DNA of 64,000 nucleotides from an uncultured delta proteobacterium (GCA_963848295.1 CAWKDB010000010.1:4096001-4160000); one strand, 5' to 3'. Counted from the stretch's first letter, positions 21,189 to 30,651 are shown. The notes: generated by a model not told the origin, from the sequence alone. Numbers and translations are program-made.

Positions 21189-21998
21189 CTATTCGGCGGG
21201 CTCGACGGCGGTGCCGCTGTCGATCGTGACCGCGCTCTGGGCGAGCAACCGGCCGTTGATCGATGCACCCGTGTTCAAGGTGATCGACGTCTGGCTCAAG
21301 ACGACGCCCTCGAGATGCGCGGTCGTCCCGACATCGACGAGGCCCGACACCTGCCAGAAAATATTCCGCGGCAGCGCGCCACCTGCGAGGATGATCTTCG
21401 CGCCGTTGCTGAGCGTCAGATTCTGCGCGATCTCGAAGATCCACACGTCAGTCGAGCTACCGGTGAGCGTGACGTCGGTCGGGACGAGCACACCCGTGCC
21501 CCAACTGTACGTGCCGGCCGGGATGGTCATCCCGCCGATGTTTCCGGCCCCGAGCTCGGTGACACTGGCGGCGCGACCGGCTGCGTCGGTGAATGCGAGC
21601 TGCATGTCGCCGATCGCCGCGGTCATGTTCGCCGGCGTCGGCACGGCATAGTCCGCCGCGTACACCTTGCCGGTGACTTGCAACGAGGTCGAGAACACGT
21701 TCGAAGGGTCGGGGCTCAGCGAGAACCCGGTGATGAAGCTTGCGGCAGCTGGGCTGACACCGACGTTTCCGGTGATCGCCGAGGTCGGCACGGTCGAGAT
21801 CCCGGTCTTCGCGAGCGCGACGAACGTCCCCGACGATCCGAGGTCCACCGCGAGGCGGCTCGGATTGCGCGGACCATCGTGAGCTCCGCTATCTCCGCCG
21901 CCACCGTTTCCGTCGGGTCCGCCGCCGTTTCCACCATTGTCTCCACACGCGACGACTAACGAGATGATCGAGAGACCGAGTGTCTTTGCGAGTTTCAT
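21189..21998 (-). CDS. DUF3494 ice-binding-like lipoprotein
   Basis: Lipobox VVAC, Gly-rich linker, then LAKTGISTVP..ITGNVGVSPAA..ITGFSL, VYAADY, DVWIFEI, NIFWQV, GRLLAQSAVT, typical of DUF3494/IBP-1. Confidence 0.88.
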   Translation of the reverse strand: MKLAKTLGLSIISLVVACGDNGGNGGGPDGNGGGGDSGAHDGPRNPSRLAVDLGSSGTFVALAKTGISTVPTSAITGNVGVSPAAASFITGFSLSPDPSNVFSTSLQVTGKVYAADYAVPTPANMTAAIGDMQLAFTDAAGRAASVTELGAGNIGGMTIPAGTYSWGTGVLVPTDVTLTGSSTDVWIFEIAQNLTLSNGAKIILAGGALPRNIFWQVSGLVDVGTTAHLEGVVLSQTSITLNTGASINGRLLAQSAVTIDSGTAVEPAE

Positions 21999-22011
21999 AT
22001 GCTCGGCGTAA

Positions 22012-22027
22012 AGCACCTTTCGAGCCA
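22012..22027 (-). promoter_or_regulatory. Putative sigma54 promoter (DUF3494 gene)
   Basis: Minus strand TGGCTCGAAAGGTGCT, GG-N10-GC; ATG at 21998. Confidence 0.6.
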
Positions 22028-22040
22028 CCTCGATCGCCGC

Positions 22041-22304
22041 TCAATTCGTCGGCGGCGTCGGCTGCGCCGGCACCGGCACCGGTGGCACGGTGTGCGTGGA
22101 CTTATCGGTGCGCGTCGTCGTCTGCGATCCGTCCGGTTGGTCGACGGTCGTCGTCGTCTTTACGTCCTTGCTCTTCTCGCCGGTGTTGTCCTCGGTCTTG
22201 GTCTCGGTGCGAGTGCTGGTGCGCGAGGTTGGTTGCGGCCCACCGCACGAGGCGACGAGTGCAGTAGTGATCAGGAAGCTACATACGTTGATTGATCTGG
22301 ACAT
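22041..22304 (-). CDS. Small Thr-rich lipoprotein
   Basis: Lipobox VASC; low-complexity Thr/Lys-rich body. Confidence 0.65.
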   Translation of the reverse strand: MSRSINVCSFLITTALVASCGGPQPTSRTSTRTETKTEDNTGEKSKDVKTTTTVDQPDGSQTTTRTDKSTHTVPPVPVPAQPTPPTN

Positions 22305-22316
22305 GCTCGCGACGTG

Positions 22317-22332
22317 TGCAAAGACCCGGCCG
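22317..22332 (-). promoter_or_regulatory. Putative sigma54 promoter
   Basis: Minus strand CGGCCGGGTCTTTGCA, GG-N10-GC; ATG at 22304. Confidence 0.6.
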
Positions 22333-22460
22333 CATGGCGATTCGCGAGACGCGCCGATGACGCCGCCGCTGGAACGTCATCGCCGGAGCCGAGCGCGGGC
22401 GCTCGCTGGGGCGAAAGCGCAAAGGCGATTCGGCGCGAGTCGCCGCCACGCCGACGCGTC

Positions 22461-22706
22461 TCAACTGATCTTGTTCTCGATCTTCTTGCCGGCGATCTTC
22501 ACGGCGTTGCCCACGTCCTTGATCTTCTCGCCCACCGTGTGGGCTGCATCCTTGATCTTCTCGCCCGCGGTTTGTGCCGCATCCTTGATCTTCTCGCCCG
22601 TGGTCTCGCGTGCGGCGCTTGCACCCGCTGCCGCCTTGTCGACGCCTGCCTTTGCGGCGGCTGCGGCGTGATCGATGGTGTTCTTGATCTTGTTGGTGTT
22701 GGTCAT
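22461..22706 (-). CDS. Small LEA/CsbD-like stress protein with 11-residue repeats
   Basis: MTNTNKIK...TGEKIKDAAQT-AGEKIKDAAHT-VGEKIKDVGNA; 33-bp DNA repeats (tccttgatcttctcgccc at about 22516, 22549, 22582). Confidence 0.7.
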   Translation of the reverse strand: MTNTNKIKNTIDHAAAAAKAGVDKAAAGASAARETTGEKIKDAAQTAGEKIKDAAHTVGEKIKDVGNAVKIAGKKIENKIS

Positions 22707-22719
22707 GCGCATGTAGGTG

Positions 22720-22735
22720 TGCAATTGGCCGGCCG
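22720..22735 (-). promoter_or_regulatory. Putative sigma54 promoter
   Basis: Minus strand CGGCCGGCCAATTGCA, GG-N10-GC with TTGCA; ATG at 22706. Confidence 0.6.
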
Positions 22736-23037
22736 ACGACCCAAGGTCTCGAGGTCCGGCTGCGCTCCGAGCGCTCGCGCTCGCCGGGCGAGCCCAAACG
22801 TTGGATCGGGGCGCGTGCGTCACACGTTGGTTCGAAACCGATGCCGAGGCGCACGCGTGCGCGGCACGTCCGGTGCACAGGTGAGCGCGGGTGGCGCGTC
22901 TCTCGGCGATCGCGAGCCGTCGAGGCCGTCGCGGACCGCCGCAAGGTTGTTGACCGCCGGCGGGGTGATTGCGCTAGGCGCACAGGCATGCAGCATGCGA
23001 CGTTGCGCTCGGCCTTGAGCTCGGAAGGCGAGGTTAG

Positions 23038-24435
23038 ATGCGAGGACGAATCTTGATCGTCGACGATGACGTCGACACAGCGGAGTTGCTGCGCGAGGCG
23101 TTGCGCAGGCGCGGCTTCGACGCGTTTGCGGTCCATTCGGCGCAAGCCTGTCTCGATCAGCTGCGCGCGCAACCCGCCGCGCTCGTGATCACCGACGTCA
23201 ACATGTCGGGCGGCTCGGGAATCGAGCTGTGCACGCACATCGTGCGCGACTACCCCGACACGCTGCCGATCGTGATCACCGGTGCCTCGGGGATCGAGAC
23301 GGCGGTCGCCGCGATTCGCGCCGGCGCGTACGACTACATCACGAAGCCGGTCGCGATCGACGCGCTCTCGCTCGCAGTCGCGCGCGGGCTAGACCACCAG
23401 GTGCTGCGGCACGAGCTCGCGAGCCTGCGCTCCGCGACGAGCAAGGAGCTTCCGCGTCACCGCATCGCTGGGTCGAGCCCGGCGATTCGCGCGACGATCG
23501 ACATGATCGAGCGCGTCGCGACGAGCGATGCCACCGTGTTGATCACCGGCGAGTCCGGGACCGGCAAAGAGCTCGTGGCTCGTGCGCTCCACGACGTCTC
23601 GGACCGTCGCGATAAGCCGTTCGTCGCGATCAACTGTGCCGCGATGCCGGCGGCGCTGCTCGAGAGCGAGTTGTTCGGGCACGTCCGCGGTGCGTTCACC
23701 GATGCCAATCGGTCTCGGCAAGGTCTGTTCGTTCAGGCGGGCGCCGGTACGATCTTCCTCGACGAGATCGGCGAGATGCCGCCCGAGATGCAGGTCAAGT
23801 TGCTGCGCGTGCTGCAGGAGCGAACGGTTCGCGCCGTCGGTGGTGATACCGAAACGCCGATTCGCGCGCGCGTCGTCACCGCAACCAATCGCGATCTCGA
23901 GCTCGAGGTCGCCGAGAAGCGATTTCGCGAAGACCTCTACTACCGCGTCAACGTCGTGCCGATCGCCGTGCCTCCGCTGCGCGATCGCGGCAACGACATC
24001 TTGCTGCTCGCGCAGTTCTTTCTCGAGCGCATCGCGAAACGCAGCGCCAAGTCCGTCGAGGGCATCTCCGCCCCGGCGGCGCGCAAGCTCGTCGAGTACG
24101 ACTGGCCGGGCAACGTTCGCGAGCTCGAGAACTGCATGGAGCGCGCGGTCGCGCTGTGTCGGTTCAGCGAGATCACGCTCGACGATTTGCCGAGCACGGT
24201 GAGCGCGCACAGCGTGCTCGCGACGGCGATCCCGATGCTGGCGCCCTCCGAGCTGATCACGATCGACGAGCTATCGCGGCGCTACGTGCGTCAGGTGCTC
24301 GCGGCCGTCGGCGGCAACAAGACGCAGGCGGCTCGCACGCTCGGCATCGATCGCCGTTCGCTCTACCGCCGCCTCGAGCCACACAGCGCGGTCAGCGAAC
24401 CCGAGACGAACGGCGCGGACGCGCCGACGCCCTAG
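23038..24435 (+). CDS. NtrC-family sigma54-dependent response regulator (REC-AAA-Fis HTH)
   Basis: ILIVDDD, GESGTGKE, ESELFGH.RGAFTDA, FLDEIGE, WPGNVREL, GNKTQAARTLGIDRRSLYRRL. Confidence 0.95.
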   Translation: MRGRILIVDDDVDTAELLREALRRRGFDAFAVHSAQACLDQLRAQPAALVITDVNMSGGSGIELCTHIVRDYPDTLPIVITGASGIETAVAAIRAGAYDYITKPVAIDALSLAVARGLDHQVLRHELASLRSATSKELPRHRIAGSSPAIRATIDMIERVATSDATVLITGESGTGKELVARALHDVSDRRDKPFVAINCAAMPAALLESELFGHVRGAFTDANRSRQGLFVQAGAGTIFLDEIGEMPPEMQVKLLRVLQERTVRAVGGDTETPIRARVVTATNRDLELEVAEKRFREDLYYRVNVVPIAVPPLRDRGNDILLLAQFFLERIAKRSAKSVEGISAPAARKLVEYDWPGNVRELENCMERAVALCRFSEITLDDLPSTVSAHSVLATAIPMLAPSELITIDELSRRYVRQVLAAVGGNKTQAARTLGIDRRSLYRRLEPHSAVSEPETNGADAPTP

Positions 24436-24577
24436 CGTCACGGATCGATCGTCAACGTTGCGGACGCGAAGGTGGTCGGCGTCACACACGATCCGCTCGC
24501 ATGGACCGAACGACAACCGGCTGCTGTTCACGGTTCAGCTCGACGTGATGCGTTACACCCGTGATCGAGCGAGCGAC

Positions 24578-25654
24578 TCAATACTTGACGGTCACGCCTA
24601 GTCCGACATTGGTGCCGGTGCGCGAGGTGAGCGGCGCGAAGTCGCCGTAGCTGTAATAGAAGAGGTCGGCCTTGAGCTCGCCTTCGACGTGCGTGGCGAG
24701 CATGTAGTCGAGCTTGACCCCGAACGTCTCGGACCACAGCGGCGACAGCTCGCGATCGTAGGTGATGTATTGAGCGACGGTCGTATAGTTGTCTTGATAG
24801 AACGTCGCGGCGCCCTGCGTATAGAATCGCTCGCGCAGCCGGAGCTCGAGCTTGCGCGACAAGTTCACGAAGTAGCGCGCGCCGAACGTGTGGCTCGTGA
24901 TGCCCCAATCGTCGTAATAGAATCGATAGTCGGCCTGCACCGAGCTCGCGTCGCCGACCGCGCGGTTGATCCCGGCGACGAACGCCTGGCGCCAGCGCGA
25001 ATCGGGATCGGTCTCGGGCACCCAGAACTCGGGGGCGGCGTCGATGCTCGCTCGAATCGGCACGAACCGGTAAGGGCTCGCCTGATAGCCCGATTCGTAG
25101 CCGAGCTCGTAGCTGACCTGCGCGATCGTCCGCTCGTTGATCACCTGCGTCCACGCGGCGGAGATGCTGTGGACGTCGAGCGAGCGGGAGAAGTTTTCGT
25201 CGTCGGCGCGTCCGACCGTGTTCAGCGAGAGGTTGTAGCCGATGCCGAGCGTCGTGTTCTTGTCGTCGAGTTGCTGCTCGAGCCCCACGTTGAACGTGTG
25301 CGACAGGTAGTCGTTCTCCTTCGAGAACAGGTAGCCGGCGCGCACCATCAGCGTATCGAACGTGTGCGACCCGCCGATCGTCACTTGATGTCGTGTGTCG
25401 TGGATCGTCGTCTTCGACGCCTGGCTCACCACGTCGACCGAGGCCGACGTCACGACATCGGCGAGATAGCCGAGCGTGACGCTCGTATTCGGCGCGACAT
25501 CGGCGGCGGCGGACACGACCGGCGACACGACCGTGGTGTGATCGCTGTCGGCGTAGACCTGCACCTTCGAGACGAACGACGTATCGGCGCGCGCGAACGG
25601 TGCGACGCACGCGACGACCACGCACACGCGAGCGCAGCTGGCTAGTTTCCCCAA
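24578..25654 (-). CDS. DUF3570-family outer-membrane beta-barrel protein
   Basis: DVVTSASVDVVSQAS, SKENDYLS, YRFYYDDWGITSHT, RFYTQGAATFY, TYDRELS; directly follows DUF4266. Start uncertain (TTG 25654, or GTG 25671 with a frameshift). Confidence 0.8.
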   Translation of the reverse strand: MGKLASCARVCVVVACVAPFARADTSFVSKVQVYADSDHTTVVSPVVSAAADVAPNTSVTLGYLADVVTSASVDVVSQASKTTIHDTRHQVTIGGSHTFDTLMVRAGYLFSKENDYLSHTFNVGLEQQLDDKNTTLGIGYNLSLNTVGRADDENFSRSLDVHSISAAWTQVINERTIAQVSYELGYESGYQASPYRFVPIRASIDAAPEFWVPETDPDSRWRQAFVAGINRAVGDASSVQADYRFYYDDWGITSHTFGARYFVNLSRKLELRLRERFYTQGAATFYQDNYTTVAQYITYDRELSPLWSETFGVKLDYMLATHVEGELKADLFYYSYGDFAPLTSRTGTNVGLGVTVKY

Positions 25655-25661
25655 CGGGACC

Positions 25662-25883
25662 TCAATTGCACCCGCAGCCGCCCCCCGACGAGCCGTAGCC
25701 GCCGGACGAGCCTTCGCGCGCCTCCTGCATGTGCAGATCGAGCTCGTCTTCGACCGGATCGGGTGCGAACACCATCTTGCGTTCGGCGAGCGTCGCGCGC
25801 TGGCGCGGCCTGACATGCGCGCAACCCGCGAGCGACGCGATCGCGACGAGGAGTGCGAGGCTCGAGCGTCGCCGTGGGCGCAT
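25662..25883 (-). CDS. DUF4266-family small lipoprotein domain
   Basis: LAGCAHVRPRQRATLA..M...EAREGSSGGYGSSGGGCGCN C-terminus. In frame with the upstream MYXO-CTERM-like segment, so possibly a fusion. Confidence 0.8.
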   Translation of the reverse strand: MRPRRRSSLALLVAIASLAGCAHVRPRQRATLAERKMVFAPDPVEDELDLHMQEAREGSSGGYGSSGGGCGCN

Positions 25884-26685
25884 CAGCGCGAACGCCACGA
25901 GCACGATCGCACCGGTCGCGAGGCTCGCATCGCCGGTGGCGTTACAGCCGCCGCTCTCCACCGGAGGCGGCGCAGCGCCGGCCTCGGCGAGCGGCACCGC
26001 ACCGACCGCGACGTCGTCGCCCAGCGTGTCGTTCGGGAAGTTCGGGAGTCCCGTCGCCGCCGTTGCCGTCGACCGCGGCGATGTACGCGGTGATCGTGCC
26101 GGCGCCGGCCGCCGGAGCGGTCCAGCACACATCCCATTGGACCATCGCGTGGTGGGCGCCGTTATGGACCGCGGCGGTGCCGTCGTTGAGGATATAGGCG
26201 TCGACGTCCGGCGGGATCGTCTCACCGCTGGCCGCGCACGCGCCGGAGACGACCGGAACGAATTTTCCGGTCGGGTTGCCGCTATCGTCGTCGAGCTCGA
26301 GCGCGAAGCCGTTGTCGTCACACGGCTTGTACGGCGTGAGCTGCGAACCACAGACGTCTCCGAGCGAGGCGTACTGCACCGCCTCGTGCTCGTGCGTCAT
26401 CACGACGCGCAGATGGTACTGCTGGTTCGCGGCCCAGCCGGTCGTGAACAGCTCGGGATGATCGGCCTCGATGCCGAGCCCGATCGTGCCCGGCGGATCG
26501 GTGTGACACACCGCGCACGTGTGGCCGGTCCAGCGTGGCGCGCCGTCGAACACGATGCCGCCGGCACCGTCGGTCAGCACCGGATCGCCGTCGAACTGCT
26601 CGCCGGTCGGGAACGCGTGCGCGGCGGTCGCCGCGAGCCCCACCGAGATCGCTATGCCGGCGCTAAGCGAGCGCATCACTTGCAC
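25884..26685 (-). CDS. Secreted Reeler-like protein with CxxCH and a MYXO-CTERM-like anchor, with an apparent frameshift near 26045
   Basis: Signal peptide (AHA-FPTG), TCAVCH, WTAPAAGAGTITAY..VDGNG. Sense continues in the other frame as NFPNDTLGDDV...GGCNATGDASLATGAIVLVAFALMRPRRR. Confidence 0.6.
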
Positions 26686-27122
26686 ACCCCGGTGCCGGCG
26701 AGCCAGTCGTGGATCGCGACATATTGCGGGTCGCTCGTCCCGCTCCAGATCGCCCCGCCTTTGTGCTCGTAGCCCCCGAGCGCCGCCGGCAGCGGCTTGC
26801 GCAGCAGCCAGTCGTCATCGACCGAGACGTCGAACACGAACCCCGCCGCCGACGTGAAGTTCCCGTGCTGCTCGTCGTCGGTCAGCGGGGCGATCGCATC
26901 GTCGATGTTCGCCGGCGGGGTCGCGCGCAGCTTGCCGAGCGAGTACACCCGGAACGGGCTGCCGGCGTTGCCATGGCACGCGTTGTAGCTGCACTGCCGG
27001 ATCAGCACCGGCTGGACGTTGCATTGAAACACCGCTTCGTCGAGAGCGGTGGTAGGGTCCGGGGCGGGACTATTGGTCACGGCGTTACAAGCCGCGAGCG
27101 CGAGGACGCACGCGTACCGCAC
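26676..27122 (-). CDS. Lipoprotein with a CxxxxCH motif (cytochrome c-like)
   Basis: GTG start, lipobox LAAC; VQPVLIRQCSYNACHG, LLRKPL, HKGG, resembling planctomycete/myxobacterial cytochrome-like domains. Confidence 0.6.
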   Translation of the reverse strand: MRYACVLALAACNAVTNSPAPDPTTALDEAVFQCNVQPVLIRQCSYNACHGNAGSPFRVYSLGKLRATPPANIDDAIAPLTDDEQHGNFTSAAGFVFDVSVDDDWLLRKPLPAALGGYEHKGGAIWSGTSDPQYVAIHDWLAGTGVCK

Positions 27123-27306
27123 GGCGTTGCCCTCGACGCCAGGACGAAACATCGCGCGCAATCTAGCGGAGACGGCGACCAGTTTCACGCACAATTCGAC
27201 AAAGACGAAAGATGCACAACACGCGCGGCGAACCGCCTCAGGGCAGTTATCTGCTGTCAGTGGCCGGCGCCAGACAGCGGCGAGGCCGAGTGGTCTGCTA
27301 CGCGCG

Positions 27307-27855
27307 ATGAGAAGAGCGGACGGGCTCTACGACATCTCGCGGCGCAAGTTCTGTGCGGTCGCGGGGCTGACGCTGGTCGTCGGCTGTATCGACAATGATG
27401 GCAGCGTCGTCCAGACCGGCCAGCTCGGCGACAACCTCAACCCCGACGCCGGCAATGGGCATCACGACGCGAACGGCGCGGTGGACGCGCAAGGTGGCCA
27501 GGATTCGTCCACCGGCATGGCGTGCACGGGCAACCCGATCGACGTCGGCGCCGCGAGCACGTTCGTCGCCAACACGCCGGTCTATCACTCGTCCGGCAAG
27601 TTCTTCGTCGTGCGCGATAGCGGCGGGCTCTATGCGCTGACCGCCGCGTGCACGCACGAAGGCGCGACCTGCGTCGTCCAAGGCAGCGATTTCTACTGTC
27701 CGCGCCACGGCGCGGAGTTCACGTTCAACGGTGTCGTCACCCGAGGCCCGGCGTTCCTTCCGCTCACGCACTACGCGATGTGCGACATGAGCAACGGCCA
27801 CGTCGGCGTCAACACATCGCAGACCGTCGCCGCGTCGGTGAGGTTGAATTCCTGA
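27307..27855 (+). CDS. Tat-exported Rieske [2Fe-2S] lipoprotein
   Basis: SRRKF Tat motif, lipobox VVGC, CTHEG and CPRHG Rieske boxes. Confidence 0.88.
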   Translation: MRRADGLYDISRRKFCAVAGLTLVVGCIDNDGSVVQTGQLGDNLNPDAGNGHHDANGAVDAQGGQDSSTGMACTGNPIDVGAASTFVANTPVYHSSGKFFVVRDSGGLYALTAACTHEGATCVVQGSDFYCPRHGAEFTFNGVVTRGPAFLPLTHYAMCDMSNGHVGVNTSQTVAASVRLNS

Positions 27856-29153
27856 TGCCGTTCCTCGCCGGAGTAGTCGTCGTGTTTGTCGGCGTCGCCG
27901 GCGGTGATCGTCGCGTCGATCATCAGGTCCAGACACTGCTCGAGCACCAGCACGTCAAGGCCGAGGCGATCGCACCCGCGCTCGTCCACACCCTCGCTCA
28001 TCACGGCGAAGGCAGTCGCGAGATCGTGCAGAAGCTCCACACCGCCGGCGTCGTCAGCGGCGAGATCGTCGAGAGCCACGGGCAATTCACGCTGCGCATC
28101 GCGATCTACAACGGCGACGGAGGCATGCGATCGTACTCCGAATCGCCGGTCGCCGGACGGGTGCTGACCAAGGGCGAGCTCGATGTGCTCGGCTCGAACC
28201 TCGAGGACGACGTGACCGCGATGGTCGCGAAGGCGGCGCACGAGACCGCACCGGCGCCCGCGGCGTCGCCGGACGAGATCGAGATGGATGAGCCAGCGGT
28301 CGCGGCGCAGGCCCGTCCAGCTCCGTCAGCGGAGCTCGGCACGACGCCCCCGGTCGCTGCCCCGGTCGAGACTCACGCCGCAGCGCCGGTCGAAGTCGCC
28401 GACGCGAACGCCGACACTTCGGATTCGGTCAGCGCCGACGAGATCGAATCGCTCACCGGTGGAGGTGGCGGCGACGCGACGCCTGCGCGGCCTCCCGAAC
28501 AAGCGCTGCACCTGCACGGCGCCGTCGGCTTGGGCTTCGCATCCCGCAGCTTCAGCGGACCCGCCACGATGCCGGGCTACGGATCGAGCGCGGTCGGTGC
28601 GATCCACTTCGAAGGTGCGGTGTCGCCGATCGCACACGCCACGCTCGCCGCTCAGGCCGAAACGACGCTCGACATGACGACGCCGGTCGCGAATGGCGTC
28701 GCGTCGACCTCGATGACGCGCTGGGAGCTGACCGCGAGCTACGCGCTGCTTCACGGCCGAATCGAGCTCTCGCCCGAGCTCGGCATCGGCCATCGCGCGT
28801 TCTCGATCGAGTCGACCGATCCGATGCGCTCACCCGACAATTCGTACGACTACGCGATCGTCGGCGTGACCGGCGGGATGGCACTCGGCCACAACCTCGC
28901 GCTACGCGGCCTCGTCGCATTCGATCCCGTCGTGTCGGGCACGGAGCCGACCGACATGGCGTTCGGCGATGCGACGCGCTGGGCCATCGATGTCGGCGGC
29001 GCGGTCGAGTTCCGCCCGTATGCGCACGTGTTCGCGCGGGCCGCGCTCGACTATCAACGTTTCTCCTGGTCGTGGAACGCGGGGTCTCGCGGCGCGGCCG
29101 GCGCGGTCGACGAGTATCCGTCGGGCACACTCGCGGTCGGCGCCGAATACTGA
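27855..29153 (+). CDS. Hypothetical protein with a probable C-terminal outer-membrane beta-barrel
   Basis: ATG overlaps the upstream TGA; Pro/Ala linker; alternating beta-strands ending in GAEY. Confidence 0.6.
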   Translation: MPFLAGVVVVFVGVAGGDRRVDHQVQTLLEHQHVKAEAIAPALVHTLAHHGEGSREIVQKLHTAGVVSGEIVESHGQFTLRIAIYNGDGGMRSYSESPVAGRVLTKGELDVLGSNLEDDVTAMVAKAAHETAPAPAASPDEIEMDEPAVAAQARPAPSAELGTTPPVAAPVETHAAAPVEVADANADTSDSVSADEIESLTGGGGGDATPARPPEQALHLHGAVGLGFASRSFSGPATMPGYGSSAVGAIHFEGAVSPIAHATLAAQAETTLDMTTPVANGVASTSMTRWELTASYALLHGRIELSPELGIGHRAFSIESTDPMRSPDNSYDYAIVGVTGGMALGHNLALRGLVAFDPVVSGTEPTDMAFGDATRWAIDVGGAVEFRPYAHVFARAALDYQRFSWSWNAGSRGAAGAVDEYPSGTLAVGAEY

Positions 29154-29162
29154 GGAGGCCAG

Positions 29163-29663
29163 ATGAAGTCCGTCGCAGTTGTTGTCGCGATGCTCGCCGT
29201 GATGGTGCTCGGTGAAGTCGCGCGTGCCGAGGTCAAGCAGGGCGATCACTTCACCGAGCTCGACGCGGTCACCGCGAAGGGCAAGAAGTTCCGGCTCAAG
29301 GCGATGGCCGGCAAGTGGGTGCTGTACACGTTCGGCGCGAGCTGGTGCCAGCCCTGCCACAAGGAGCTGCCCGCGTACGACCGGATCGCGCCCAAGCTGA
29401 CCGGCAAGGTGCTGTTCGTCGCGATCAACATCGACGAGAAGGTCAAGGATGGCCAAGACTTCCTCGACTCGCTCAAGCTCCACCACCTGTTCCCGGTGTT
29501 CATGTCGGACGGATCGAGCGCCGCGCTCAAGGCCTACGATCCCGACCACATGCCCTCGACGTTCGTGATCGATCCGACCGGCGTCGTCCGGCTGGTCCAC
29601 TACGGGTTCGAACCCGGTGACGAGGACAAGCTCGTCACGACCCTGATCGATCTGACGAAGTAG
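29163..29663 (+). CDS. TlpA-family thiol-disulfide oxidoreductase
   Basis: Signal peptide, ASWCQPC..ELP, MPSTFVIDP.G; GGAGG RBS. Confidence 0.9.
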   Translation: MKSVAVVVAMLAVMVLGEVARAEVKQGDHFTELDAVTAKGKKFRLKAMAGKWVLYTFGASWCQPCHKELPAYDRIAPKLTGKVLFVAINIDEKVKDGQDFLDSLKLHHLFPVFMSDGSSAALKAYDPDHMPSTFVIDPTGVVRLVHYGFEPGDEDKLVTTLIDLTK

Positions 29664-29729
29664 GCCGACGACGTAGGTCTCGTCACTTCGGCGAGCGAAC
29701 CCAACGACGCCTGTTCAGTCTAAGCGCTC

Positions 29730-30194
29730 ATGAAGTCGTTCCCGCCGAGTGCTAGTTGTTCTGGGTGCTCTCGCCGAGACCTTCTCAAAGCCGTCGGGGT
29801 CGCGGCTGCCGGTTCGCTCGTCGGCGGTTGTGGGCAGCCGGGGAGCTCGATTCCGGTCGGCGCGTCGAGCATGTGTGGCAGCGACCTATGTCTCGATCTC
29901 ACTGCCAGCGACAACAGCGAGCTCGGGGCAGCCGGTGGGGCGGTCCTCGTGGATGCACCGAACGACACGCTCGTCGTCGTGCGCATGACCGACACGACCT
30001 ACGTCGCTTTGTCCGCGGTGTGCACGCACGCGGGTTGCGAGGTCGATTTCGACGCGTCGGCCGACCGGCTCACGTGTCCTTGTCACGGGTCGGTCTTCAC
30101 GCTGTCGGGCGCCGTCGTCAACGGCCCTGCGAATCGGCCGCTGAAAACCTACGCGGTCGCGCTGTCCGGGACGACGCTGTCGATCACGCTGTGA
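29730..30194 (+). CDS. Tat-exported Rieske [2Fe-2S] lipoprotein
   Basis: SRRDLLK Tat motif, VGGC lipobox, CTHAGC and CPCHGS, GPA.RPL. Confidence 0.9.
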   Translation: MKSFPPSASCSGCSRRDLLKAVGVAAAGSLVGGCGQPGSSIPVGASSMCGSDLCLDLTASDNSELGAAGGAVLVDAPNDTLVVVRMTDTTYVALSAVCTHAGCEVDFDASADRLTCPCHGSVFTLSGAVVNGPANRPLKTYAVALSGTTLSITL

Positions 30195-30290
30195 AATCGG
30201 CCGCTCGCCGCAGTTGTGGGCGCGAGACGACACTGGGGGACGGAAGCCACAGCGGCGCGCGTGCAACTCCGGCAAACCCGTTCCCGCTGC

Positions 30291-30306
30291 GGGATCCGCG
30301 CTTGCA
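30291..30306 (+). promoter_or_regulatory. Putative sigma54 promoter
   Basis: GGGATCCGCGCTTGCA, GG-N10-GC with TTGCA; ATG at 30319. Confidence 0.5.
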
Positions 30307-30318
30307 GTTCACTGACGT

Positions 30319-30651
30319 ATGGCGGCCTGCTCCGTCTTCTTGGTGCTCGCGTGCTTCGTCGCGCTCGTCGCCGCATCGCGTCGAGTCGAGGCCGCGCCGC
30401 GGCTCGCCCGGGCGATGAGCGTGTCCGATGGCGTGCCGTTCGTGCCGAGCGACGGCGTGCCGGTGCGTCTGGACACCGAGCCCGGGCGCCGGCTCGCGCG
30501 GGGCAGCATCTCGCCGATGCCGTCGAGCTTGTCGCCAGCGCACGCGATCTTCGGCGAGCTCAATGCGCGCCGGATGCTGACCCCGATGCCGGTGATCGAT
30601 GACGCCTGGGAGCTCGGAACGGGGCCGATCGATCTTCGCGGCCGGCGTTAG
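30319..30651 (+). CDS. Hypothetical small membrane/secreted protein
   Basis: Hydrophobic N-terminus; candidate promoter immediately upstream. Confidence 0.5.
   Translation: MAACSVFLVLACFVALVAASRRVEAAPRLARAMSVSDGVPFVPSDGVPVRLDTEPGRRLARGSISPMPSSLSPAHAIFGELNARRMLTPMPVIDDAWELGTGPIDLRGRR

Noticed and set aside
23680..23710. GAFTDA instead of GAFTGA as a sign of an inactive sigma54 activator
   Set aside because: The key Phe-Thr is intact and GAFTDA is a variant seen in other enhancer-binding proteins, so it is not evidence of loss.
27307..30194. Cytochrome bc1/b6f operon
   Set aside because: No cytochrome b gene is present. Both Rieske proteins are small stand-alone lipoproteins.
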